NCBI RefSeq assembly: GCF_964204645.1
Contig: NC_134035.1
Span: 5,208,001 to 5,272,000, forward strand
From: Tubulanus polymorphus
Taxonomy: Eukaryota; Animalia; Nemertea
Direction of reading: 5' to 3'
DNA: 64,000 nt
The notes beneath the pieces are model-generated. The model made no database searches and was not told the origin of the DNA. It was given only the letters and a program-made list of their open reading frames with translations. Both the position numbers and the translations under genes were made by a program. Within the stretch, counting starts at the first letter, position 1; every line of letters begins with the position of its first letter. Below, in pieces: positions 21,901-34,953 of the stretch.

Positions 21901-24900
21901 GTGTCCGCTTTATTGTTGCTGACGTCGATTCCGTTGTTTCTGTTTCCGAAGAAGTTACCGCCGCGACATTCGAAACGCCGATGGAAGGAAGTGTTCCCCG
22001 ACGAGGATGGGGATGACGGCGCCATTTTCGCTAATTTCGGCGACGATTGTAAAGGTAAGAAAATATAACACAAATGCAGCGTACGGTTTCATTTTGAAAA
22101 CTTGGGCCATAAGTACCCCGGTAGTAGATTTTCGATTTTTTCTTTTTCCCTTGATGCAAAGTTTAACCCATTAATCACTAACTGCAAACTTTAACCCATT
22201 AATCACTAACTCATGCTCTCTCCTCTCCATTATTTGAACCTGGTGACATTGTCAGGCTCTACCACAGCCTTACCCAGCAGACCAGGGACGAGCTGCACAG
22301 TCGTAATCTAAGTCCAACAGTGGTCTCACAGAATTGTTAGATTGACTATAGTACTATTTGATCTTCGACTGGTCTTATTTCTTAGCTTCAGGTGTGCAGG
22401 GCAGGCAGCTAATTGCAATAGTATTGGGGTTTAAATACCATCGAAGGACAAACGTCTCATGTTGTCATATTTTGGTCATATTAACATAATAACTCGCACC
22501 TGTTGCTTTTAACTGTAACTTTTTTCTAACGTTTTCTAAACATTTTGCAGGCTTTCCGCGAAGAGCCAGTCATCCTGTCATACGACAGGAGACTTGCTTA
22601 CAAAAACAAGATTTTCGGAAAAGTATGGAAAATAACATTTCTGCTGCTTGCGCGATCATCTCTTCATTATCTATTTCCAGAAAAGATCGGGATTCAGTTT
22701 CACAGTTCCGCAGTTTAGCGGTTAAATCATTTACCTATATGTAACTGTAGGGACAAATCCTGATCCATAACTGTGGAACTGGTTTCTATTTCCAGTTCCA
22801 CAGATGTTACATATTTTAAATTTCTGTGTTCTGATTGTAGTTTTAGATTGTTGTGAAACTCCGTAATTAGTTGACCTGAACTGCTCCATTTACATGACGC
22901 TTTATTCTTGGTGAAAGACATAACTTCGGGGTTTATTGGCAAAGCCATCTTTACTGGAAATAGTTTAACTCTGCAGCTTATTTGTTCGCAGCGATGAGAT
23001 ATTTTTGCTATCATAGCAAAGCAAAACATTTCACCTGGTTCGATAGTTAAAGATTTAAAGGGTATGCTTCTATAAATCTGATTAAGAACTCTTGCTTGCT
23101 TGTATCGTTATATCGTCGGGCCTGCTGGAAAAATATCTAGCGTGTTCTTTCATCTCTTGCTTTGTTCATTACGCCAAGTATCGCGATTCATAGAGTAAAA
23201 CGATATCCTTCAAAGTAGTGTTGGTTTTATAGACTAAGCCATGAAATTTATTTCTTGTATTTGGGTATAGTTAGCAATAAGTACCATGTGATTTTCATTT
23301 GTGTCATGAAAAAGTTTGAGAAGCTTTCTTGTGTAAAAGCAGTTAGGGTCGATGGAGAAGTATTGCTTGAATTTGGTTTGACTGCGGCTTAGAGTTTTGA
23401 ATTATTGTGCATGAAATACTGGGGCTAAGGGATGAACTAGAACCGGTATTCTGTCTATAAAACCAGTCACGTATGTGATAGATTTTGCCTTAATAACTGG
23501 TATTAATGCTTGTTATTGTGCTTATTAGCTTATTAACATGTATGAATACTGCGCGCTGTACAATTGTGAAGAATTGTATTTAAATACAACCAGTGGAAAA
23601 TGTTACAAGTGCCCCAGCTGTGACATTATATACTAAAGTATCAAAAAAATATATTTCTAGTTTTGTAATCGGCTTTTCCATTCATGACCTTATTATGAGT
23701 GTCACATGAAAAAATGTCTGTGACATTGTTTATCTGTTTATCATTAGCATATTTCCTCTGATTTTGGCTGATGTTTTGATACTTCGGTTGTTTCCTAGTA
23801 CTGTTATATTCCATAGACCGCCAATTTTTTCCATAGACCGCCAATTTTTTGCCCTTTTTTCATGGAAAAGTCTGATCCAAATTTCGTATTCACTGTGGCC
23901 TGGGATTGAACTATTGTGGTGTTAAGACTGAAAAAAAATCAATCGGACAGTCAAGGCAGGACCAGCCTGCAAATATCCTGGTTCTAGCGTCAATCTATGG
24001 ACCAGTCTTATGATTTAAAACAACTTAGGTGATGACTGCAATAGGGTCCATGTCTCTAGTTAGGTTCCACTAAAATTGGTGGTCTGGTAGTCAGCAAAAC
24101 CTTCCGAGCGTGCCCAGTCTGGTCCAGAATTTTCTGATACAGTGGCGCTGTTATGGGTTCAATTGTTCAAAACAGAAGTTGACCTAAACAAATTTCTTAT
24201 CATTTCTACTTTCAGATTTTCCTCGCGGTATAAAAGCGTTATTCACGAACCCCGTCTGGCTGTGTATAACGTTAGCGGCGGTGATGGAACGCAGTATAGT
24301 GTCGGGATTCGTCGCGTATGTCAGTAAATATCTTCAGGTCGAATTCCACGTTCCCAGCTCACAGGCTAACATCATGACAGGTAAATGTCCGATCGATTTC
24401 AGATGCAAAGTGACACACATGAAATGCCCAATGCTTTCTAGACTTAGTAAAGACTTAGGACTTCTACCATTCCCTTCTCCGCTGCTAGCAAATCAGACAA
24501 TCTTGGCTGCAAAGCAGAAGGATCAGCTATAATTGAACTCTATGAAACCAGATTGGTATTAACCATTGTTATGGTTATGATTTCTCGCTTAAAACTCTTT
24601 CTGTTTGAAAAACACTATGAATTTGTTGATCAACTCATACGCCATCTAACGTGATTCACCAAAAACGATCCTAACTCTCTATCAAACGAAGATACACAAT
24701 AATATCGCCAATGTTACGGTCGGTCGTATCATATCTTAGATTTTTTACGGATTTTCTTGCAGGTTTAGTGTTGATACCGAGCGCTTGTTTCGGTATAATA
24801 ATCGGCGGTATAATACTCAAACGACACCCGATGAGCAATTCGGCAATTTTCAAATTCATCTTGATTTTTGCGACGATATCGATGTTGATTGTGGTGGGTG

Positions 24901-27894
24901 CGTTTTTCGTCAAATGCGACGAGTTGCCGTTTGCCGGAATAACAATCAATCACAATGGATCGGGCAGGTCAGTTCTCGAGTTAACCTGACTTCTTCTAAG
25001 ATTGATACAATCTGTACCAGAACAGAGGGGGTATTTTTTAATTCACCATCTATCGTTTGAGTTAAGAAACTAGCCAACCGTACCAGTACGGTTTTGGCAG
25101 CCAAGTGATGGGAAATATCGAACGTACCAGTACGTGTTTGGCAGGCAATGAGTTAACGATATCAGGTTATAGCGTGGGCTCGTAGGACGTCGTAATATTT
25201 AACTATCGTAAAATGCTCGTAACATTTTATTCGTATTTCCACAGCATCGAAGCGTCTTCCATCAATGTCTCGTCGAGTTGTAACATCAACTGTAAATGTA
25301 ACACCCGTCATTATAATCCGGTTTGCGGTTACGATCAAATCACGTATTTCAGTTCGTGTCACGCCGGCTGTACCGATATAAATACAACCGGACACGTAAG
25401 TATCGTACAACGACCTTCGTAGCCTTGCGTCAAAAGCTTCGACATCAGCGAAATAATCCTGTATGCTGATATTGTAGAGTTATAAGGTATATTATCTAGT
25501 AGATCAATTGGATTTGAAATTGTATTGAAATGATCTTTAAATATAATGTTTTAGTATTTCACATTTAATTATCAACATTTTTATAGTTATATGTACAGGA
25601 TGTATATACACCCAGCATTTGTATTTAGTCAACTAATCTTTTTATCGACTTTCTTGTTGTCTAATTAACTGGTTAGCATCTGCTAATTATACACTAGTCT
25701 CATAAACACATGTCATCATCAACTTATTGAATAATTATCTGCAAATAGTTTTCATAAAAACCATTGGTTATAACTATAGATTTTCCTGCAGACAACAGCT
25801 ACAGACTCTGGTTCTATAATCTACTTGATAAAATACCCTATAATATATTCAAATCCAATCTCTATAATCTACTTGATGATAAACCCTATGATACTAGTCA
25901 GATTAAAACCCACTATACGTGTGTGTACGCAATTCAAAAGATTAGAAAGGAAATTCATTTGTCATTGGAATCAGGAGAAATCAGATGATTAGACGTATTG
26001 GACTCGGATCGGTCTTATTAACTTTTCTCCACGTCTGACAGTGGCTATTCTACTACAATGCTCTTAGGCTCTTCTCATAGTCTATACAATAAACATTTAC
26101 ATTATAGAACGCTTCTAAAAGAAACTTGTTTCTTCTATTTCAATTGTGTTGAAACGTGACAATAACTTTCATATTTTATCTATCAATTATGGGTTTTTCT
26201 TTGATATAAAGATGGTGGATAGACAGACAGTCAGTAAATACTCAACTAATTTCGGGTTATCTGTTTATTTCAGAGTTTTCTATCTTGTGGCTGCGTTCAT
26301 ACTACTATGGCTACTGCTGTTACCGGTAAATGCCCGAGTTCTTGTCAGATGTTGTATCCATTTCTAGTCATACTGTTCTGTATGGGTTTCGTAGCGTCTT
26401 TGTGCCAAAATCCTGCCTTGATCATTACTTTATCGTACGTATTTTTCTGTATAAGATGTATCAGCATTTACAGTGTTTACAGGTGATGTTGATGTAGATA
26501 TATGATTTTGTTTGATTTTGTAGGTGTGTTAAAAAGAAGGATCGCTCGTTTTCGCTAGGAATGCAAGATTCTGTCGTGAGATTACTCGGTAAGTATTTTA
26601 CACTTCTATGACCATTAATAACAGTGTGAATAAAATCGAATTACTCTCAATCTGGAATAAGAAACCCCTTGAAGGTTCGAGAAATTTATTTACTTCTAGT
26701 ACTGCCTCATTTGTTACTTGATAAGGAAACTTATAAATTATATCTTGGATTCTTTGAAGGAGTTAGACCTGAAATTTGAAATGGGCAAATTTGGCAATGC
26801 AAGGGAAGCAAGTGCCAAACATTGGTGGGGGTTCTGGCAGCCCTCCAACAGGATATTTAGGAAAAAAGGGGGCATTTAGTATCTTTATCAGAGCCTATTT
26901 AGATTTATTTTTCATCTTTTTCAAATTTTCTTTGCAAAAATGATTTGACCGGACTTTTTGGAGGGTGTATTCGAATTTTGAAGGGGTGGACCAGTCCACT
27001 CTTGTTCACCCCCTAAATCTGTCTAGTGATGTCATTATTCCAATTCGCTGCGAGCAAGGTTGATTGCATTGAATTACTAGATAAACTGTATGAATCCCTG
27101 TTCAATTTAAGCACCTTTGGCGCCATAGAGCATTTTCCTGTAATGCACCTGCGCTTATGGAGCTCATATAGTTTCTCCGATTTTGATTAATTTTCTCTGG
27201 AACAAAACACATCTAAAGAAACTTCTATTCAGACAACACTTACTAGAGGAGCACATCTGAACTGTTTTAATAGGATACCTGCACTATATAAAACTTATTC
27301 ATTATTATTATAACAATTCTTCATATGACGTGTCTTCTTGATACTAAAAATTTGCTCGTATTATTTTCAGCGTATATACCATCACCGATCTATTTCGGTT
27401 ATCTATTCGACGGTCAGTGTTTACTGCGCGAGGAGATCTGCGACGGCAGCGGTTCGTGTTGGGAATACGATACTAAACGTTTGCCGTACGCGATATTCGG
27501 CACGGTGATCGCGCTGAAATGCGTCGGTATCGTTTTCATCGCGTTGGGATGGATGTTCTGTCAACGTGAAGACCGACAGAACGCCGAACAAAAACAGTCC
27601 GCCGCCAACAGCGACAAGTCGGAACCGAGTGCCGTACCTACGCGAAACGGGAAAGTTTTCATCGAGCCATCGGAGGACGGAATATACTCGATATCGAACG
27701 GAGACGTAAACGTTCAAAAACGATACAGCGACCCGACGGGTCGGCACCGGGCTTTCAACACCCCTCGTCTCCCTCGGTCGGTGACAGAAACCGATGTTTC
27801 ATCTCCGGACTGCGGCTTCGACGCGAATGATTTGAAAATCACTCCGAGTTGGAATTCGATAGCGTCAAACTCGACGACTATTACGTATCTATGA
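15905..27894 (+). CDS. Organic anion transporting polypeptide (SLCO/OATP family); exons 15905-15998, 20516-21391, 21746-22054, 24216-24380, 24763-24967, 25245-25395, 26274-26434, 26524-26588, 27371-27894
   Basis: CGCGSCTPDC N-terminal motif, SVERRFDL, OATP signature DPRWVGAWWVG, Kazal-like CNINCKC...PVCGYDQITYFSSCHAGC, AYIPSPIYFG...D..C; all splice phases join in frame. Confidence 0.92.
18209..18476. mobile_element. hAT-like MITE family (CAGGCCCGTGCCGAG-type ends); related copies at ~33917-34020 and ~39924-40276
   Basis: Imperfect TIRs CAGGCTCATGCCGAG / CTCGGCATGGCCCTG and shared internal GAACTGCCCCTCAAAA. Confidence 0.55.
18994..19155. mobile_element. 162-bp spacerless palindromic MITE with 8-bp TSD (P- or hAT-like)
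   Basis: Arms pair through the centre AACGTT (19072-19077) with 2 mismatches; GTTGCGAT at 18986-18993 and 19156-19163; termini CACAGG. Confidence 0.9.
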
Positions 27895-29395
27895 CGCTAC
27901 AGCGATTTCTATACATAGGAATTAGTCGTCGAGAGAATATCGTTTCATCAGGATCCAATTTGACGCATGAGTTCGATCACTTCGCAGTTAACTCTAACTC
28001 AGGACTGTAGAGCTGGACCCAGTTCCACAGTTCAGAGTTAAGATTTGACTCAGAGTTGACTCATTGAAAATGAACTGATTTTAACTTAACTCACAACTGT
28101 GGAACTGGATCCTGAATTGTAAGTTCAGATTTAACTCTAACTCAGATTTTAGAACGGCTTTAAGCAAAACTCTGGGCTGGTGCTAACTTAAACCCAGTGG
28201 TTAATGTACTCGTATTCATAGTCAATTTAAGTTAAACACAAGTCTAAATACTGAACCGTGGGGTTGATTCAACTATTAACCATTCGGGTTTAAGTATTTA
28301 ACTTAAAACAAATGTATTTGATAACTAACTTCATTTTAGACCAAGTTAGGGGGTTGTTTTTTTTTAAAGAAAATCAAAAGCTTTAGAAACGGTTCTGTAA
28401 ATGTAAATGTTACTCCAATCCAGTTTGTTGTCAATATTTTAAAGTTAGCAAAATTATTGTATCTCACTCAAAGACTGGAATTGAGAACTGGATCCAGGGT
28501 TATTGAAAATCGAAATGATTTCATCTGAAAACCGTATTATGTTCCAACAGAATACAATCATTTATGATAGAGAATAGCTTTAATGCTCTGTATAAAAATG
28601 CGCATTTATCATATTCAGTTTTATAATCGTGTTTCGTAAATGAGCCAACAGATAATGATAGCTATAGACGAACACCAAATGTTAGTCATTTCATTGTTGT
28701 CGAACTTGCTAGCTAATAAGGGGGTCGAAGGATACCACTATGTCCCCTGTCCGAGGTGATCCAAAAATTTGAGCAGATGTGGGTTTAGCGTATTAAGCGT
28801 TTTCCGAGATATAATGATAAGTCCGGAAAGTACAATATAAGTCTGGAATGTTGCTGAAAGTTCAATATCCTGTATCCACGACGTGAAGCTTGTTATTTTT
28901 ACTTGCGCGTGAATTTCAATCTATTTTTAGCGACGTGAACAATGTGTGAAAGACGAATCATTGAATGAAATTTCTTCGGGAAAAAGAATTTAATTCATAA
29001 AAATCTGTGCATTACGTACAGTAGTTTCTCGCAGACGCCGAAACAGCGATCGATAAATATTTGAATTGTGGTTGATTTATATGATGGATATCACTATCAG
29101 AATAGTTTCAAACACAAAGCGGGAGGGTCGAGACCCTATTAACCCCCCCCTTGGAACCACCCCTGTCAGTATGCATATCTGTTGGTACTAGAATGATATA
29201 TGTTTGTTCAGTAGTACATGTATAAGAATACAATTATGAATGTGATGCCCAGTGTTAATGATGATTGTTGCAGTTGTTTTCTAAACGGAAAATTATTTTT
29301 GATCAAATTGTTATTGATTTATGTGTGTTTTTCCACTGTGATCGTACGTATACACTGTTGCATAAAAAACAAAAATACCATTATATATTTTTTAT

Positions 29396-29401
29396 AATAA
29401 A
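29396..29401 (+). terminator. Candidate SLCO polyadenylation signal AATAAA (mirrored at 9706-9711 on minus)
   Basis: AATAAA ~1.5 kb after the stop codon in an AT-rich context. Confidence 0.4.
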
Positions 29402-30839
29402 GAACGAAAATGAAAAGTAAATGAATGATGATAATGTCACTTTGTGATTTATATTAGGCCAGATTTGATTCTAACAGGATTGCACTCCTTGTGCATTCAT
29501 ACGCAGTTCATGAAGATCATCATATGGTTTGTCGACTTTTAGATATGGTGTGGAATGAATTCGTTGTTAAGGCAAAAAATAACTCTAACATTCATTTCTG
29601 GATTGTGAATGTTTGTCAAGAATGGAGAGCTTTCTGCTATAAATGATCGTATGAATTTGAACCACCCATGTCCATTGGAAAACCGAATGAAATGGAAAGC
29701 TTTTTTCTTCTATTCATCTCATGTTTTGCTCTGCTATTACCGAATGACGGGTGGGGTTCATATCCCTAACCCTAATTACTGATGCGGAACGCTATTTCGG
29801 AATGATGATTTCTTTCTGAAACACTTTTTGACATAATAAAAACATTTTTCATTTATGCAATTTCTGAACAATGTCCTGTTGCGCACGACTAACTGGAACC
29901 ATGACCGTGACCGGGACGTGATTAGCCTATATATACATTCTGTACATCAGTTAGAGATATATCGGCTGTCATTCGAGACACACGTACAGTTTTGTATAGA
30001 TTTAGGATATCGACTCTGCGAGAAAATACATTGGATCAAATTTTTTGGAACTCACTAATTCAGACTTAAAAATACTGTCGTTCGTATCTGTATGCTGCAC
30101 TATCAGTATGTATGTGCGGAGAATAAAGACATTGACTCCGGAGCTGCAAGAAAATGCGTACGTAGGTTTCTGGAACGGGAATTCGCGACTCAACAAGACA
30201 AATTGGAATTCATCGTTTACTCTTGGATAAACCGCACCGATCAGTGTTAGAGCTGATGATATCGTAGATTGGATTCTCGATTTCGGTGACGCTTAAGAAG
30301 TCTTAAAAGAATAAACTTGTTCTAAAATCGGGATGTAATACGCTGATAGTCTGTGTATTGAACAATGATCATCGGATAATCAAGTGTGATCGCTTATTGA
30401 TAAAATGTTTGTGAGGCGATTAGTGAGCCTTATGATTCCAGGTTAATTAGAATCAATCTATTTTCAGACTTGGGGGTAAGCTGAATTCCTATTTGTCGTC
30501 CATTCAAACTCACCGTTCACATCTGGATAAACATGAATTTCAAAAACTTATGATAATATATGTTCGATTTGGAATAACTGCAAGAAATATAAACTTGTTC
30601 TAATATCAGGATACAATAAGCTGTTAATCAGTGTATCGTACAATGACGTGATCGCTAATTAATAAACCTTTGGTGAGACATTTTTCGTAAGGTTTATTTA
30701 ATGAATTCTTTCAAACTTGACGTTATGTCGGATTCATGTTTGTTCTTTCTGAATTAATTCCTGTATGATGCAAAATAAACAAAAGAATAATAAGTAATAT
30801 TTCATAAAGATTGATATGATTGTTTTATTCATTCCTTTC

Positions 30840-32392
30840 TGACGGTCCCGCGTCATGGCTGCTTTTCTTGGGGGAAATTGGCCTTTTTGGCTCCTTTTGT
30901 CCCTGGCAAGCGAATATTGGTCCGGTCCCGCATTCTAGAGGTCCGGATCCGCCCTGGCAAGCGAGTACAGGTCCGGTCCCGCATATTGGCTGTCTTTCCT
31001 AGGGTGAAAATGGCCTTTTTGGCTCCTTTTTGCCCTGGCAAGCGAGCACAGGTCCGGTCCCGCATATTGGCTGCCTTTCCTAGGGTGAAAATGGCCTTTT
31101 TGGCTCTTTTTTGCCCTGGCAAGTGAGTATAGGTCCGGTCCCGCATACTGGCTGCCTTTCCTAGGGTGAAAATGGCCTTTTTTGGCTCTTTTTTGCCCTG
31201 GCAAGCGAGTATAGGACCGGTCCCGCATACTGGCTGCCTTTCCTAGGGTGAAAATGGCCTTTTTGGCTCTTTTTTGCCCTGGCAAGCGAGTATAGGTCCG
31301 GTCCCGCATATTGGCTGCCTTTCCTAGGGTGAAAATGGCTTGTTTGGCTCTTTTTTGCCCTGGCAAGCGAGTACAGGTCCGGTCCCGCATATTGGCTGCC
31401 TTTCCTAGGGTGAAAATGGCCTTTTTTGGCTCTTTTTTGCCCTGGCAAGCGAGTATAGGACCGGTCCCGCATACTGGCTGCCTTTCCTAGGGTGAAAATG
31501 GCCTTTTTGGCTCTTTTTTGCCCTGGCAAGCGAGTATAGGTCCGGTCCCACATATTGGCTGCCTTTCCTAGGGTGAAAATGGCCTTTTTGGCTCTTTTTT
31601 GCCCTGGCAAGCGAGTATAGGTCCGGTCCCGCATATTGGCTGCCTTTCCTAGGGTGAAAATGGCTTGTTTGGCTCTTTTTTGCCCTGGCAAGCGAGTATA
31701 GGTCCGGTCCCGCATATTGGCTGCCTTTCCTAGGGTGAAAATGGCTTGTTTGGCTCTTTTTTGCCCTGGCAAGCGAGTACAGGTCCGGTCCCGCATATTG
31801 GCTGCCTTTCCTAGGGTGAAAATGGCCTTTTTTGGCTCTTTTTTGCCCTGGCAAGCGAGTATAGGACCGGTCCCGTATATTGGCTGCCTTTCCTAGGGTG
31901 AAAATGGCCTTTTTGGCTCTTTTTTGCCCTGGCAAGCGAGTATAGGACCGGTCCCGCATACTGGCTGCCTTTCCTAGGGTGAAAATGGCCTTTTTGGCTC
32001 TTTTTTGCCCTGGCAAGCGAGTATAGGTCCGGTCCCGCATATTGGCTGCCTTTCCTAGGGTGAAAATGGCTTGTTTGGCTCTTTTTTGCCCTGGCAAGCG
32101 AGTTCAGGTCCGGTCCCGCATATTGGCTGCCTTTCCTAGGGTGAAAATGGCCTTTTTTGGCTCTTTTTTGCCCTGGCAAGCGAGTACAGGTCCGGTCCCG
32201 CATACTGGCTGCCTTTCCTAGGGGGAAAATGGACTTTTTGGCTTCTTTTGCCCCTTTTTGGCTCCTTTTTGCCCTGGCATGCGAGTATAGGTCCGGTCCC
32301 GCATACTGGCTGCCTTTCCTAGAGGGAAAATGGCCTTTTTTACTCCTTTTTGCTCTGGCAAGCGAGTATCGGCCCGTTCTCGCGTCTAGGCT
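30840..32392 (-). repeat. 81/82-bp satellite array, about 18 units, inside the second fold-back copy (~29825-33415)
   Basis: Reverse complement of the 7060-8262 unit, with array-specific variants. Confidence 0.97.
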
Positions 32393-34953
32393 GCTGTCCG
32401 TGCCCGCCCTGGTGAAGGTGTGGCTCCGGCTCGATTTTGCAAGTGAATAGAACAATAACGACAACAAAATACTAATACAAAATATTAATTATGATATATT
32501 TGTTTATTTATGGTCAATCGCAAATGAATGAATTAAAGAAGAACAAACAGGAATCCGACTCACCTCGATATCATAAAATAAATCAATCTTTATCAACGCT
32601 AAACAATTGAATTAATGAAAATATACAATATCTCATTGACGTTTTTAATTATTACACTTGTTATTATTCCAATCACTGAGTATCAGCTTATTATATCCCG
32701 ATATTACACAAGTTCATATCATCGATTCTTGCACTGATTGCTGCAGTTTTATCCAGATGTGATCGATGGGATTTTGACGTTCGAGTTAATGCCAGGGGAA
32801 TAGAGCATTTCCTAATAGCGTAATCATTTTACAAACAACAAACAGGAATCCACTTAACAACCGCATTTTGAAAATAAATGATATCTTATCAATCTCGCTC
32901 GTAATGTAACATAAAGTCATTGTTTCACCTCAAAGCGATCGCGTTTGATAACTATTCCAATGAACACGCGCATTGTCCGATACACTATCTGATCATTATG
33001 TTCCGATATTGCACGAGTTTATTCCTTACATATTTCTAAGCGTCACCATCTTCACCGAAATCGAGCATCATTCGTCAATTATTCTACGATAAGAGTTCGG
33101 ACTGATCGTTGCAGTTTATCCAGCTGTAAACGATGAGTTGATAGTTCAGATGAACGCGTATTCCAAAGAAATTCCATACATTTTAGTTGCAGCTCCTTTG
33201 AGGAAATATTCCGAAATCTCAAAAACTAAACCGTAAGGCTATACGTCTTCCGTATGACAGCATATATTTCCAACTGATTCAAGTTAACAATGTATATCTG
33301 GTCACGTCCCGGTCGTCACGGTCGTGGTTAAGTTAATCGTACGCGACGCTAAGGCATTGATCAAATGCGAGTTGTATACTTTTGATCTGAAAAATATGAT
33401 ATAATTTGTTGACACATAAAATCAAACAATTCTGCGTAGGCCAATTTCTAATTACAATGGTTTCATGCAACTGCTAAAAACGATCAATTCTAAAACATCT
33501 AGGCCCGGTTTTATAGACTAGTATCACCTTTAATCCGGGGGTTAACTCAATTGAATCAGCCCCATGGTTAAAGGAAAAGCGGTCTATAAAACCGGGCCCT
33601 AGGTTTAATCATTCTTGATCCATTTAAAGTTCGATGCCCCCTGTCTTAACCTTGGCAAAAAAGGTTCAAAAACGTTTAAAACACGATTTAACTCGAAACG
33701 CCCTCTATCGATTCTGTTCAAATTAAGAGAAACCCGTTAGATTGCAACACACCATCAAAAACTCTTTTTCACAACATAGAGAATATCAAATCTCCCAAAA
33801 TGTCATGGCCTTAAAATGCATGAATTCAAAACCTATTCGAAATTATTAGAAAAATATCACGGAAGAGTTGACATGGAACAGATAGTGGCGGGGTAGAAGC
33901 CCGTATAGCCTGACGGCAGGTCCGTGCCGAGGGGGTTCGGGGGTAGCGAACGAACCCCCTAAAAAGCGTCCTTTTTCTTGAAATAGAACTGCCCCTCAAA
34001 AAAGCTCGGCACGGGCCTAGACGAATATACCGCTGTGGGTTTGTCATTGATTCAGGTGGAACTAAACGCGATTTATGAGGGGATATAACTCTAAATAAAT
34101 GCACACTTTTGTATCATTTCGTAGTTGTGTAATAAGTTCAATTAGCTGAACCCTCTTTAATCAAGGGTATAGCGCAACTAAGTTTTTTTTGTTCGCTCGA
34201 ACCGTCCGAACCTCCGGACCACAGCGACGTTGGCGAATCGCAAAAACTAAGATAGGGAAGGCATTTGATAAAACGGACGTCGCATTCACAAATACGGAAA
34301 CAATTCAACGAACGAGTCTTATCTGAATACGGAATCTATCGAAAAAAGAAACTAATCTCAAGTCCAGAGAACATCACGAGGTTACAATGGAAGATTGCTA
34401 GTTCATGTTATTGATAGACACGTGCATTTTGTGCGCCATTATGCGTCATCAGGAAATTGATAAATCTTTTTCTTTCTTTATGCCTACGAATTTCTGCTGT
34501 CATTCAACGATACCCATCTTTAACTATCATCCCATCAACCGCTGCTGCCTATGACGTATTTTTAACGTGTATAAATCGGCAGTCAATTTCGACCACTCGT
34601 TCACAAACTGTTTCATCATGATGAGGGCTGTAACATATTTCTCGTTATTTCTGACGATATGCCTCGAAGGTACGTATATATAAACGGTACTCCGAAATCC
34701 GAAATGAATAGAATCTTGAATGGAATACAAAATCTATCAGACTTATAATTGCATCTAACACATTTCATACCGCCGCCATTAGGCTATCAACGTTGATTTT
34801 ATTATTCTTCATTTTCAAACTCATTCAAACAACTAAACTAAGGGGAAAATGAAATCCAGGTGATAATGCGTGTAGCGGCAAGAATGAGACGGCTAAACCT
34901 ATAATTTGAAAGTAAACTCTTATCTTAACTAATTGTAGTTATTGTTTCTATAG

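Larger units (their letters stand above)
27648..33699. repeat. Right arm of the large inverted duplication (includes SLCO 3' end and 3'UTR; 28175-29316 is absent from the left arm)
   Basis: Reverse complement of 5746-10309; mirror ORFs 29855-30230 vs 8877-9252. Confidence 0.95.

Noticed and set aside
22551-22744. Alternative terminal SLCO exon after TTTTGCAG
   Set aside because: In frame but without OATP similarity and running into a MITE; no support
28175-29316. Spliced-out 3'UTR intron implying the left copy is a retrocopy
   Set aside because: Ends are not GT/GC-AG in any register; there is no poly(A) tail and homology continues ~4 kb past the AATAAA
30820-32467. Overlapping repeat ORFs in the right array
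   Set aside because: Same satellite artefact, broken by 82-bp units
5746-33699. Giant composite or Maverick-type transposon
   Set aside because: No TSD at the outer ends, no transposase, integrase or polymerase, and one arm overlaps a host exon
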